This document shows, one piece after another, positions 9,528 to 18,928 of a stretch of DNA of 41,960 bases (position 1 is its first letter; each line of letters begins with the position of its first letter). Source of the DNA: Ferrimicrobium sp. (GTDB lineage: Bacteria; Actinomycetota; Acidimicrobiia; Acidimicrobiales; Acidimicrobiaceae); NCBI GenBank assembly GCA_027409005.1, contig DAHZQE010000372.1, forward strand, positions 1-41,960, read 5' to 3'. The notes below the pieces were generated by a model, which was not told the origin of the DNA, did not search any database, and saw only the letters and a program-made list of their open reading frames with translations. Made by a program: the position numbers and the translations under genes.

Positions 9528-10157
9528 ATGAGCGAGACCACGGAGTTCAACATTGGAAGCGAGGTCATCTGTAGCGATGGCACCTGCGGCGAGCTGCGGC
9601 GCGTGGTCGTGGATCCCATCGCACGGATGCTTACCCATCTTGTCGTCGAGGCTAAGTACCGTCAGAGGACCGGTCATCTCGTCCCGATCGATCTCGTAGC
9701 CTCCTCTGGATCCGAAATTCACCTGCGCTGCACCATTGCTCAATTCGAACATCTCGAGGATGCTGAAGAGACCCAGTTCATGCCCGGGGCAAATGGACAG
9801 TGGGGCTATAGGCAGGACCAGATGATGTCCCATCCCTACTACGGGTTGGGCATGGGCATGAGTGATGGCCCTCAGCCGATCACCTCCGACCGTGTCCCAG
9901 TCGGTGAGGTTGAGGTCCGTCGCGGTGAGCACGTCCATGCCGTCGACGGCACGATCGGACAGGTGCAGGGACTGGTAATCGACCCTCGAGATCATCATGT
10001 GACCCATGTACTGCTAGACGAAGGGCACCTATGGGGCAAGAAAAGGGTTGCCATTCCGATCGGATCCGTGACAGGCCTTCTCGATGGCGTCCAGCTCAAC
10101 CTCACGAAGGATGAGGTGGGTAGCCTACCACCGGTGGAACTCGCTGACCAAGGGTGA
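9528..10157 (+). CDS. Double PRC-barrel domain protein
   Basis: Two repeats of V...DG..G....VvDP....THlvv...v.IPi; SD AAGGAG. Confidence 0.85.
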   Translation: MSETTEFNIGSEVICSDGTCGELRRVVVDPIARMLTHLVVEAKYRQRTGHLVPIDLVASSGSEIHLRCTIAQFEHLEDAEETQFMPGANGQWGYRQDQMMSHPYYGLGMGMSDGPQPITSDRVPVGEVEVRRGEHVHAVDGTIGQVQGLVIDPRDHHVTHVLLDEGHLWGKKRVAIPIGSVTGLLDGVQLNLTKDEVGSLPPVELADQG

Positions 10158-10934
10158 CCTCCGCCGATAGCGAAGCTGTTGCGGTAGTCGTCAGGCAGGT
10201 CGAATCCCAGTTCGGTATCGGCAAAAGTGAACCGGCGGTGCCACGGGTGAGATTCGCGACTACCTCCAAAACCGACGAGGTCGTGCGCGACAGCGTCAAC
10301 GCCAACGACCTACAAGCGCGATTATCGAAAACTTCTGTCGTCGGGACAATGACCAGGTGATTCTAGAGAGTGCTGAGCGAATCAAGGCGTAGACATCAGT
10401 GGTGAGCGTAGTGCTATGCTCGGCGAGTTCGGACAGCAGCACAGACGACTACCCCAACACCAACTCCCAGAGAAATCAACCCGCGCGTCAGAAGGAGCGC
10501 ATCTCGCACAGCGGGCTCAACGTGAGATGTCTAATACATCGACTACAGCAGATGCGAGTATTGGACGGAGTGAATCATTCCAGTATTCCGCAGAATGGCA
10601 GAAACGTAGCTTAGCTATTCGACACCTCGTTATTTGGCTAATTGGTGAGACGGCATCGAATCCCCTTGGATCAGTCCATCGACCCCTCACCCCACGAGCC
10701 ATTGCGATAAAGCCGACGTTGATGCCCTTTGAGTTCGATCCAGTTCAGGTGTGAAATTTCTGCGGCCATACCGCTGGTCTCGCCGCTACGCAGTTTCGAA
10801 TCCCAAGTTGCTCTCGGCACAGAATCGATCGTGATTACCCAACCTAGCTAATCGAGTACTCACCACTTAATTGGATGCTGTGGAACTCTCACTCTTAACG
10901 AACTTGCCTGGTGATTGGACCCGGACTGTCGCGC

Positions 10935-11432
10935 TCAGTGTCTCCCAAAACCGAACCAACGCGGTACTTGGGCACAGTAGTCACGATACTCATCGCCGAA
11001 TACCGACTCGAGGTAGGACTCTTCGACGGCAATCACCTTCGAGCGCAGGATCGCTATACCGATTGGAGCAAGCAGGATAGTCACGATCGACCGGCGAGCA
11101 ACTCCAACGGCGACTTGACTGCATATCATTCCGACATAGATAGGATTACGACTCATCCTATAGATGCCATCCTTGTTCAGTCGACGGACAGGAGTTCTGG
11201 GATCTGGGCTATTTCCAGCGCGGATCATGGCAAAGAAGGCCGATGCGATAAATGCTCCTCCTATGATCCCTATCGCACGGCTCACCGCTCGAAACATAGG
11301 CCGTGGAGAAACTCTCCTGCCAAGCATCCGATCCGTGACTAACCCCGCTAAGGTCAAACCAGCAACGATCAGCGGAGGCGGAATGTGCTGTGCCTCCTGG
11401 GGTACGCTGGTGTTGGCATCCTCAGACTTCAT
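10935..11432 (-). CDS. Isoprenylcysteine carboxyl methyltransferase / PEMT-family membrane methyltransferase
   Basis: GIYRMSRNPIYVG and EESYLESVFGDEYRDYCAQVPRW motifs. Confidence 0.9.
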   Translation of the reverse strand: MKSEDANTSVPQEAQHIPPPLIVAGLTLAGLVTDRMLGRRVSPRPMFRAVSRAIGIIGGAFIASAFFAMIRAGNSPDPRTPVRRLNKDGIYRMSRNPIYVGMICSQVAVGVARRSIVTILLAPIGIAILRSKVIAVEESYLESVFGDEYRDYCAQVPRWFGFGRH

Positions 11433-11816
11433 TTCACATACCCTATCACAACCACTGCTAACAGTTGCGATCGACGGTTCAGCTCAAGTGGATGCGGCTG
11501 TAGAACACCAAGCGCCAAGTTCGTAGCAGCCGGTGCTCGCGCAAAATGCTACAAAGACGACTGACCGCTCGGCACGATCTGGATGTCGATCGCAGGACGG
11601 CAGAGGGTACGCCACTTCGACACGACAGACCAGATGGGCGGTTGCGGAGGCTCCACCTCCGAGGACGGAGCCGATGTCACCACATCGATGTCCAACAACG
11701 CCTACTCGGATGAGATCTCAACGATCACCCTAGGTCAATACACCAGCGAAGCGCTCACGAGGTTGGGATGGTCATGGCGCGCGATGCACCGCAGCAGAGC
11801 TCTAAATTCACGGGTG

Positions 11817-13475
11817 CTATACCGAATACTCGTCACGTAGGTTTCGCTTTAGCAACTTACCGGCTGCATTGCGTGGAAGTGGTTCCGTCCGTACCGCTAT
11901 CATGTCAGGGATCTTGAAACCAGCAAGCCTATCCCTGAGAAATACTCGCAAATCCTCCTGATCAATCACCACCGATGGCTGAACAACGATCGCCGCTGCC
12001 ACCCGTTCTCCAAGAACATCATCTGGATACCCGAACACAGCCACATCCTCCACCCCGGGATACTCGAAGATTGCGGCCTCCACCTCCACCGTAGCGACGT
12101 TCTCGCCACCACGAATGATAAGATCTTTAAGCCGATCGACGATATGCATATAGCCGTCGCTGTCGATGACCGCAATATCACCCGTTCGGAACCAGCCGTC
12201 GTCGAACACCGCCTTGGACTCAGCCTCCTTACCCCAGTAGCCCGCGAAAACAGTCGATCCTCGCACCAGTAGCTCCCCCGGCTGACCGTCAGGCACCTCC
12301 TCTCCGAACGGATCCACCACCTTGATCGTTGCAACCGGAACCGCGGGTCCCGCTGAGCTGGGTCGCTCCTGGTAGTTCACGCCATTATTAAAGGTGACCA
12401 ATCCTGCAGTCTCCGTTAGACCATATCCATTCCCAGGAAGTATCTCCGTCGACGTCCGTTCGATCATGCGGACGAGCTCGGGTGCTGATGGCGCACCACC
12501 ATAGCTCACCGTCTTCACCGAAGACAGATCGAATCGATCACGTTCTGGATGTCTCAAGATCTGTTGCGCCACCGTCGGGACACCTCCAAAGGAGGTAACC
12601 CTCTCACGTTGAATCAGCTCAAGAGCCTCCAGTGGATCAAATCGTCGACTCAAAATAAACTTCGCACCAGTCGCTGTACCTGGCAATAACACTGCGACAC
12701 ATCCAGTCACATGAAACAAAGGAATGCTCACGAGATTGATCGCCTGCTCAACACCCGCAGCAAGATCTCCACCAGCCCGCAAGATCGTGCGGGCACCAAG
12801 ATAGAGTGCATTGTAAAGTGCCTGCAGAATGTTCTCGTGAGTCAAAATCACGCCTTTGGGACGTCCGGTGGTACCAGAGGTATAAAAGATGGCCGCTGGC
12901 GTATCACCCCGGACCTCCACCAAGCGGGCACTCTCCGACCTTGCAGCTTGGATACAGGTGTCCAGCATCACAACCGACGCATCAGATGCCTCCTCGCTTC
13001 CACGCGACCATAGTGGGAGATCGATTCCACCCGAAAGCATCGCAGCGCGTTCCTGATCTACCAGCGCGAGCTTGGCTCCTGAATCCCGGAGACCATAGAG
13101 TAGCTCATCGGCAGACCACCAGGCGTTCAACGGTACTGCTATGAGTCCAGAGGCCGTTATCGCGAAGAAGCCGAATACCCACTCGGGAAAATTACGCATA
13201 GCAATTGCGACACGATCTCCAGGTTTTAGACCCGACCTCGTGAACGCATCTACCATAGCAAGGATGCGCTCCTTAGCCTCGCCGTAGGTGATCCTCTGCT
13301 CCTCGAACACCAGGTACTCCCGTGTCGAGAACTGATCAAAGTAGTCAATGGTCGCAGCCATGGAGACCGGTGCATGCCGATAACGACTGAATCCTTCCGG
13401 CGTAACCTCGAGTTCAAAAGGAGATGCAGAAGCCTGCAGTGCCTTATCAGCGAAGTCTAAGCGATAGAACCCCAT
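11817..13475 (-). CDS. Long-chain fatty acid--CoA ligase (class I adenylate-forming enzyme)
   Basis: YTSGTTGRPKG, GYGLTET, GWFRTGD, DRLKDLIIRGGENV and LPRNAAGK motifs. Confidence 0.93.
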   Translation of the reverse strand: MGFYRLDFADKALQASASPFELEVTPEGFSRYRHAPVSMAATIDYFDQFSTREYLVFEEQRITYGEAKERILAMVDAFTRSGLKPGDRVAIAMRNFPEWVFGFFAITASGLIAVPLNAWWSADELLYGLRDSGAKLALVDQERAAMLSGGIDLPLWSRGSEEASDASVVMLDTCIQAARSESARLVEVRGDTPAAIFYTSGTTGRPKGVILTHENILQALYNALYLGARTILRAGGDLAAGVEQAINLVSIPLFHVTGCVAVLLPGTATGAKFILSRRFDPLEALELIQRERVTSFGGVPTVAQQILRHPERDRFDLSSVKTVSYGGAPSAPELVRMIERTSTEILPGNGYGLTETAGLVTFNNGVNYQERPSSAGPAVPVATIKVVDPFGEEVPDGQPGELLVRGSTVFAGYWGKEAESKAVFDDGWFRTGDIAVIDSDGYMHIVDRLKDLIIRGGENVATVEVEAAIFEYPGVEDVAVFGYPDDVLGERVAAAIVVQPSVVIDQEDLRVFLRDRLAGFKIPDMIAVRTEPLPRNAAGKLLKRNLRDEYSV

Positions 13476-13490
13476 AGCCCTAATCGTAGC

Positions 13491-14159
13491 CTAACTCACA
13501 CCCTCTGCACAGCTCATCTCATCGTCCATCTGTTCTTGAACCTCTTGCACTACAAGCTTCAAAATGCCCCCGAGTGGGTCATCTCCCTGTTGTCCAACTG
13601 AGGCTATGAAATCCTTAGGAAAACTCCAGTGTTGGAGCGCACGCAGCGTGACTCCGGAAGCCGTCTCCCCGTAGCGCTCGAGTTCAATCTGTTCGCGTTC
13701 GTTCGGATCGCAATGACACAGCTCGGCAAAGCCAATCGGATCTTGCTGGGCGATCAAGACCCTCCCTAGGTTCACCATAAGCCCGGCAGCGATCGCAACC
13801 TGTGGATCGACACCCTGAGCCTTGGCAAGAACACCGGCCTTGGCCGCGATCGCCTGGCTCATAGCATTGAGCTCACTAGGATATCGCCCACTTCGTCGAC
13901 TAAGCTCGGATAGGGTAATACTTCTAAGTCCGAGTGCGCCAACCACCGCACACGCAAACTGAAGGGATTGCACTACACCCGCGAGCCCATAGTATCTCGA
14001 GTTGGCCATCCGCATCACCTCGGTCGCCAGAACACTATCCCTAGCTACGATGTCGGCTATCTCAGGAAAGCCGATGGAGTCATCACCTACAGCTGCCATG
14101 ACGTCAGCCAACAAGCTGCCGTCTGCGACACCAGTAAACTCGACCTCGATCGGGTGCAT
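13491..14159 (-). CDS. Stand-alone HDOD domain protein
   Basis: IVARDSVLATEVMRMANSRYYGL, ACAVVGALGLR, AGLMVNLGR and LQHWSFP are HDOD-type motifs; TGATG coupling to the upstream GGDEF gene. Confidence 0.85.
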   Translation of the reverse strand: MHPIEVEFTGVADGSLLADVMAAVGDDSIGFPEIADIVARDSVLATEVMRMANSRYYGLAGVVQSLQFACAVVGALGLRSITLSELSRRSGRYPSELNAMSQAIAAKAGVLAKAQGVDPQVAIAAGLMVNLGRVLIAQQDPIGFAELCHCDPNEREQIELERYGETASGVTLRALQHWSFPKDFIASVGQQGDDPLGGILKLVVQEVQEQMDDEMSCAEGVS

Positions 14160-15307
14160 CAACAGGCTCGCATCTGTTTGCGGTCGTACATCGCACGGTC
14201 CGCCTTGCGAATAACTTCGCTCGCCGTATCGCCGGCCTCGATCATGGCCACTCCGACAGAGGCATGCACATTCAGGAGTGCAGTACCGACGGCGATAGCA
14301 TCAAAAATTGTCTTACTCAGCAACTCCTCAAGTTCCTCCACCGACCTGTCATCATCATCAATGAGAACCACAAACTCATCTCCAGCGAAGCGATAGGCAG
14401 CGAATCCAGAGGAGGAGAGCCGATTTGCCACTTCGATGAGAACGCGATCGCCGGCGAGGTGTCCAAGCGTGTCATTTATCAACTTGAAGTTGTCAATATC
14501 ACAAAACCCGATCATCGAACTACCAAGAGTCGCTGCAGCCAACTTTCCGAGCCGGTCCGTGATGTCGCCCTCTAAACGTCTACGGTTTGCCAGTCCCGTG
14601 AGTGCATCATGGTCGACCTCGAAGGTCAGACGAGCCTCGTTGGCGACCTGCTCTGTTACGTCCTGCACGGTACCGATAAAGGAGACACTCATATCCCGAG
14701 AGGTCACGGGGACCAGCGAGATATCGAGGGTACGCTCACCGGAGCGCTGTGCGGTGATCTTTGCTGTGGTGCGAACAGGAACACCGGTCAAGGCTGTCAA
14801 GGCTAATCCACGTAGAAACCCGCGGTCCTCTTCGGCAAAAACCTCCAACCAGTTCATTCCAAGGAGATCTGTGGGGATCGTACCGAAGATCGCAGCCAAG
14901 GATGTGTTGACATAACCAAGGCGCAGGCCGCTCTCGGATATCAAGATGCCGATGGGAAGATTGTCAGCCAATGCCTGCAGTTTTCGAAAGTAATCGGCGC
15001 TTTTATGGTCTTCGTAGTCAGCCATAGCGAACTCTAGCATCCACGTCTCCGCTGACACCAAGGTGGTAGTGATAACCACGTCAAGCAGATAACCGGTGGC
15101 GTGTCGCAGTGCTGCCTCAGTAGAAGAGCGACGGAGTCTATCGAGTTTGAGACCCCCGGCGATCGGAAGATCTCTGCCGATCAGATCCTCGCGTGCCGTT
15201 GCCAAAAGATCTGTCAATGCACCGTTGACCCAGAGTACCCGTTCCGCCTCCACCAGGGCCAAAGGCCGCTGCAGTACCTCCAAGTACCGAACCAACGATT
15301 CATCCAT
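14159..15307 (-). CDS. PAS-domain diguanylate cyclase with AGDEF active-site variant
   Basis: PAS segments (YVNTSLAAIFG...LLG, IGTVQDVTE); HDALTGLANRR, DIDNFKLINDTLGHLAGD, YRFAGDEF and ADRAMY motifs. Confidence 0.88.
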   Translation of the reverse strand: MDESLVRYLEVLQRPLALVEAERVLWVNGALTDLLATAREDLIGRDLPIAGGLKLDRLRRSSTEAALRHATGYLLDVVITTTLVSAETWMLEFAMADYEDHKSADYFRKLQALADNLPIGILISESGLRLGYVNTSLAAIFGTIPTDLLGMNWLEVFAEEDRGFLRGLALTALTGVPVRTTAKITAQRSGERTLDISLVPVTSRDMSVSFIGTVQDVTEQVANEARLTFEVDHDALTGLANRRRLEGDITDRLGKLAAATLGSSMIGFCDIDNFKLINDTLGHLAGDRVLIEVANRLSSSGFAAYRFAGDEFVVLIDDDDRSVEELEELLSKTIFDAIAVGTALLNVHASVGVAMIEAGDTASEVIRKADRAMYDRKQMRAC

Positions 15308-15361
15308 AAAGGCTATATCGGCAGAATAGAGCGATTATTAACCGAGAACCATACGAATCAA

Positions 15362-15394
15362 CAGCGCCAAATAGCAAGTCAGAGAGTGGCGCTG
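15362..15394 (-). terminator. Possible intrinsic terminator after secG
   Basis: 8-bp inverted repeat CAGCGCCA/TGGCGCTG begins 3 nt after the secG stop and is followed by TTGATT on the minus strand; the loop is long (17 nt). Confidence 0.4.
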
Positions 15395-15397
15395 GGC

Positions 15398-15625
15398 CTA
15401 TAACCGTAGCCCCAACGCGACCGCAGAAAATGCGAAAATGCAAGCCAACAAAATAGTGATCCGATCAAGATTCTGCTCTGCTACCGTCGAGCCTGCAGCG
15501 GTTGAACCAACGCCGCCACCCATGAGGTCTGATAGCCCACCCCCTTTGCCGGAGTGCAGCAGAACAAAGACGAGCATTCCGAGCGCGGAAACCACCTCAA
15601 AGACAACAAGAATCGCCGTTAACAC
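15398..15625 (-). CDS. secG: Preprotein translocase subunit SecG
   Basis: VLLHSGKGGGLSDLMGGG...AEQNLDRIT; GTG start at 15625 after AGGAGG; downstream of tpiA as usual. Confidence 0.93.
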   Translation of the reverse strand: MLTAILVVFEVVSALGMLVFVLLHSGKGGGLSDLMGGGVGSTAAGSTVAEQNLDRITILLACIFAFSAVALGLRL

Positions 15626-15793
15626 CGAACCTCCTACAGACCAATACAAACAAAATCTTTCAGGTACAGCCTACGCTCCAAGCTAGCTTATCCACACCGA
15701 TCCTGGATCACTCGAACCCGATTATAGGCATGTGCACACTCGCCATGGAGCGAACGATCTAAGAGGGCTTGAAGCTGTCAGCACTTAGCCGAC

Positions 15794-16609
15794 TCAGGCA
15801 GCCCTAATCAACTGTGCAAAAACCTCGGCATCCAGGCTAGCACCTCCAACCAACAGCCCATCGATATCCTCGAGGCTCATGAACTCTCTCGCGTTGCCGA
15901 CACTCACCGATCCCCCATACTGGAGTCGGATCCTAGCGGCGATCTCATCACCAACTCTGCGCCTCAAGAGCTCACGAAGCGACCGACCAACGCCCTCTAC
16001 CACCTCTGGATCAGCCGACTCACCAGATCCAATAGCCCAGACCGGTTCGTAGGCGATCACGATGGTATCAAGCGCCTCTAGCGGATAGGTGTTAAGAATC
16101 GGGTCGATCTGCGCGGTAAGCACATCGAGCGTCAGTCCGCTCTCACGTTGTTCGTGAGACTCTCCAAGGCAGACGATCGGACGCATGCCAGCTTGCTGAA
16201 CTGCCAACGCCTTTTGAGCCACCTGCTCCGAGGTCTCGCCAAAGAGATGGCGTCGCTCAGAGTGACCGACAATCACGTATCCGACCGCCAACTTCGAAAG
16301 CATCTGTGCGGACACCTCACCCGTGAATGCACCGGAGAGTTGATCGGAGACATTCTGTGCCCCTAAGGTAAATGGCATACGATCCGCCTCAAACGTCAGT
16401 TGGAGCGATCGCAAGGAGGTGAACGGAGGATGTATCGCGATCTCTGCATACCGAAAATCCTCCGGTCGCAAAAGATGATACAGCTTCTGAACGAGAGCGA
16501 TCGCCTCAAGGTGATTGAGGTTCATCTTCCAGTTGGCGGAGATCAAGCGCACTCGATGGCTGACGGGGTCAGGGCTAGGGAGTAGATCGTCTAACTTGCG
16601 ATTCATCAT
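15794..16609 (-). CDS. tpiA: Triose-phosphate isomerase
   Basis: ANWKMN, VGHSERR, AYEPVWAIG, YGGSV and LVGGASL motifs. Confidence 0.97.
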   Translation of the reverse strand: MMNRKLDDLLPSPDPVSHRVRLISANWKMNLNHLEAIALVQKLYHLLRPEDFRYAEIAIHPPFTSLRSLQLTFEADRMPFTLGAQNVSDQLSGAFTGEVSAQMLSKLAVGYVIVGHSERRHLFGETSEQVAQKALAVQQAGMRPIVCLGESHEQRESGLTLDVLTAQIDPILNTYPLEALDTIVIAYEPVWAIGSGESADPEVVEGVGRSLRELLRRRVGDEIAARIRLQYGGSVSVGNAREFMSLEDIDGLLVGGASLDAEVFAQLIRAA

Positions 16610-17748
16610 GGCTCCCTCGAGTGGCGAAGAGCAGCGAGTCCAACGAGATCGCCGTGTTCAAGGTACTCAAGGGTGGCACCTCCACCAGTGGAAAGATGGG
16701 AGACATTCTTGGCAAGTCCAGCCTGATGAAGCGCTGCAACCGAATCACCACCGCCGACCACGCTATAGGCTTCAGAGCGCCCAATGGCCGCTGCCACCCC
16801 ATCGGTTCCCTGTCGAAAGCGAGGGTCTTCAAAGACCCCCATTGGACCGTTCCAAAGAATCGAACGCGCATCTACGAGAATCTCTCCAAAGCGCTCCACG
16901 GTCGCAGCACCAACATCGAGTCCCCTGTACCCAGCTGGCACTCCAAGTCCGAATCGTTGCGGCTCACCGGTTCGCTCGCCTTCACCAAAGCTGTCTCCGG
17001 TGGCCAGCCCCATGATATCGAGAGGAAGCACAACCTTTCCTGTGTCGAGCAGGTGTTGGCACTGATCAATCATCTGTTCCTCTACTAGTGAGTCTCCGAC
17101 CTCCACTCCTCTAGCAGCTAGGAAGGTAAAACACATACCTCCGCCAACCAAGAGCGTATCCACCTGACGCACCAAGGCGTTGAGTAGCCCGAGCTTATCG
17201 GAGACCTTAGCTCCACCCAACACCGCCACATAGGGGCGGGCAGGCGCCTCGAGCAACAATGTCAGGTTCTTAACCTCCTCAAGCAAGGTGATCCCACCTG
17301 CGGATGGAAGCAGCGGAGGGACACCGACAATCGAGGCATGTCGACGATGAGACACCCCAAAGGCATCGTTAACGTAGACGTCGAATCCAGCCGCTAGCTC
17401 AGCTGCAAAACCAGGATCATTCGCCTCCTCCCTTGGATCGAAGCGCAGATTCTCAAGCACCTCGACCTCAGGGAAGTGGTCAGCGATTACAGCCCTAACC
17501 GGCTCCATATCGAAGGCCGAATCAACTCCCTTTGGACGCCCTAGATGCGAACAGACCACCACCTCGGCACCTGCTTCGCGTAGACGCGCGATTGTAGACA
17601 GGGCAGCATCGATGCGAAAACTATCTGCAACCACACGCGTCCCATCAGGAGCGGTACGCAGCGGGACGTTTAGATCAGCACGCAACAGGACACGGTGGCC
17701 GGGCCGAAGCTCAAGATCGTCAATAGTAGGTATCGCCGACGGCCTCAC
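16606..17748 (-). CDS. pgk: Phosphoglycerate kinase
   Basis: RADLNVP, SHLGRP, LENLRF, GGAKVSDK, WNGPMGVFE, GGGDS and STGGGA motifs. Confidence 0.97.
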   Translation of the reverse strand: MRPSAIPTIDDLELRPGHRVLLRADLNVPLRTAPDGTRVVADSFRIDAALSTIARLREAGAEVVVCSHLGRPKGVDSAFDMEPVRAVIADHFPEVEVLENLRFDPREEANDPGFAAELAAGFDVYVNDAFGVSHRRHASIVGVPPLLPSAGGITLLEEVKNLTLLLEAPARPYVAVLGGAKVSDKLGLLNALVRQVDTLLVGGGMCFTFLAARGVEVGDSLVEEQMIDQCQHLLDTGKVVLPLDIMGLATGDSFGEGERTGEPQRFGLGVPAGYRGLDVGAATVERFGEILVDARSILWNGPMGVFEDPRFRQGTDGVAAAIGRSEAYSVVGGGDSVAALHQAGLAKNVSHLSTGGGATLEYLEHGDLVGLAALRHSREP

Positions 17749-18776
17749 AGGCTGTGGATCCCTCGTCCTACCACCATCGCCAGATCAACTAGACGAGATG
17801 AATAGCCCCACTCGTTGTCATACCAACCAAACGCCTTGACCAGACTTGTCTCATTGCCAAGGTCGAGCACCGTTGTAAGCAATGAGTCGAAGGTACATGA
17901 TGCTGGCGAACCGACAATATCAGTTGAGACCAGAGGCTCCTCCGAGTAGACCAGCACAGACGCGAGTGGACCCTTCGTGCTCGCCTCGCGAAAGGCAAGG
18001 TTAACATCCTGGGCAGTGATGGAGCCGCGTACCACCATCGTCACGTCGGTCAAGGAACCATCGGCCACTGGAACCCGAATAGCCACCCCATCTAGCCGCC
18101 CCTGCATAGCAGGAATTACCAGCGACGTAGCCTTCGCCGCCCCGGTCGACGTGGGGACTATGTTGACGGCTGCAGCCCTGGCGCGGCGCAGATCCTTGTG
18201 CGGAAGGTCGAGGAGGTTCTGATCATTTGTATAGGCGTGCACAGTCGTCATGAGCCCCTGATTGATGCCAAAGGCATCGTCCAACACCTTCACCATAGGG
18301 ACAAAGCAGTTAGTGGTGCAGGAGGCGTTTGAGATGATCTTGTGTCGCTCAGGGTCGTATTCGTCATCATTGACCCCAACTACGAAGGTACCGTCGACGT
18401 TGGTCGCCGGCGCCGAGATCAGCACCCGCTTTGCACCAGCGGCGAGGTGCGCCGCTGCTCTCTGGCCATCGGTGAAGATACCGGTCGACTCGATCACGCA
18501 ATCGACGCCAAGCTCACCCCAAGGGAGCGCAGCCGGGTCACGCTCGCTTAGCACTCGCATTCGCTGTCCGCCCGCAACCAGATCATCGCCATCGAGTCGC
18601 ACCTCGCCAGGGAAACGTCCTTGGGTGGAGTCATGCGCCAAGAGATGCGCGTTCACGCTTGGGGAGGTGAGGTCATTGATCGCCACGATCTCAATCGGGT
18701 GACCACCAGCCGCAACTGCCCTAACAAAACTACGCCCAATACGTCCAAAACCGTTGATTGCCACACGATATGCCAT
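17745..18776 (-). CDS. gap: Glyceraldehyde-3-phosphate dehydrogenase, type I
   Basis: INGFGRIGR, SNASCTTNC, PTSTGAAKA and WYDNEWGYS motifs. Confidence 0.97.
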   Translation of the reverse strand: MAYRVAINGFGRIGRSFVRAVAAGGHPIEIVAINDLTSPSVNAHLLAHDSTQGRFPGEVRLDGDDLVAGGQRMRVLSERDPAALPWGELGVDCVIESTGIFTDGQRAAAHLAAGAKRVLISAPATNVDGTFVVGVNDDEYDPERHKIISNASCTTNCFVPMVKVLDDAFGINQGLMTTVHAYTNDQNLLDLPHKDLRRARAAAVNIVPTSTGAAKATSLVIPAMQGRLDGVAIRVPVADGSLTDVTMVVRGSITAQDVNLAFREASTKGPLASVLVYSEEPLVSTDIVGSPASCTFDSLLTTVLDLGNETSLVKAFGWYDNEWGYSSRLVDLAMVVGRGIHSL

Positions 18777-18928
18777 CAATACCCCTTACATTCTCACTGG
18801 TCCATCGCCGTCGAAAAGAGTCAGAAATGCTAGGTCAAGAACCTCACACTAGACTCGCCGCCCAACCTGAGCCGTGCAGGTCAACTCTAGCGGCATGAAC
18901 TCCTGCTCCTGTAGACGACGCGCAACCT

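Noticed and set aside
9405-10007. Long shadow ORFs in the track (e.g. 9405-10007, 2450-2914, 16515-17015, 27514-28095)
   Set aside because: They lie antisense to well-supported genes, have no recognisable motifs and are typical of GC-rich DNA.
10154-10360. 68-aa ORF with a RecA N-terminal-like segment (VRQVESQFGIG)
   Set aside because: The similarity is too short, and the opposite strand gives an equally protein-like reading; not supportable as a CDS call.
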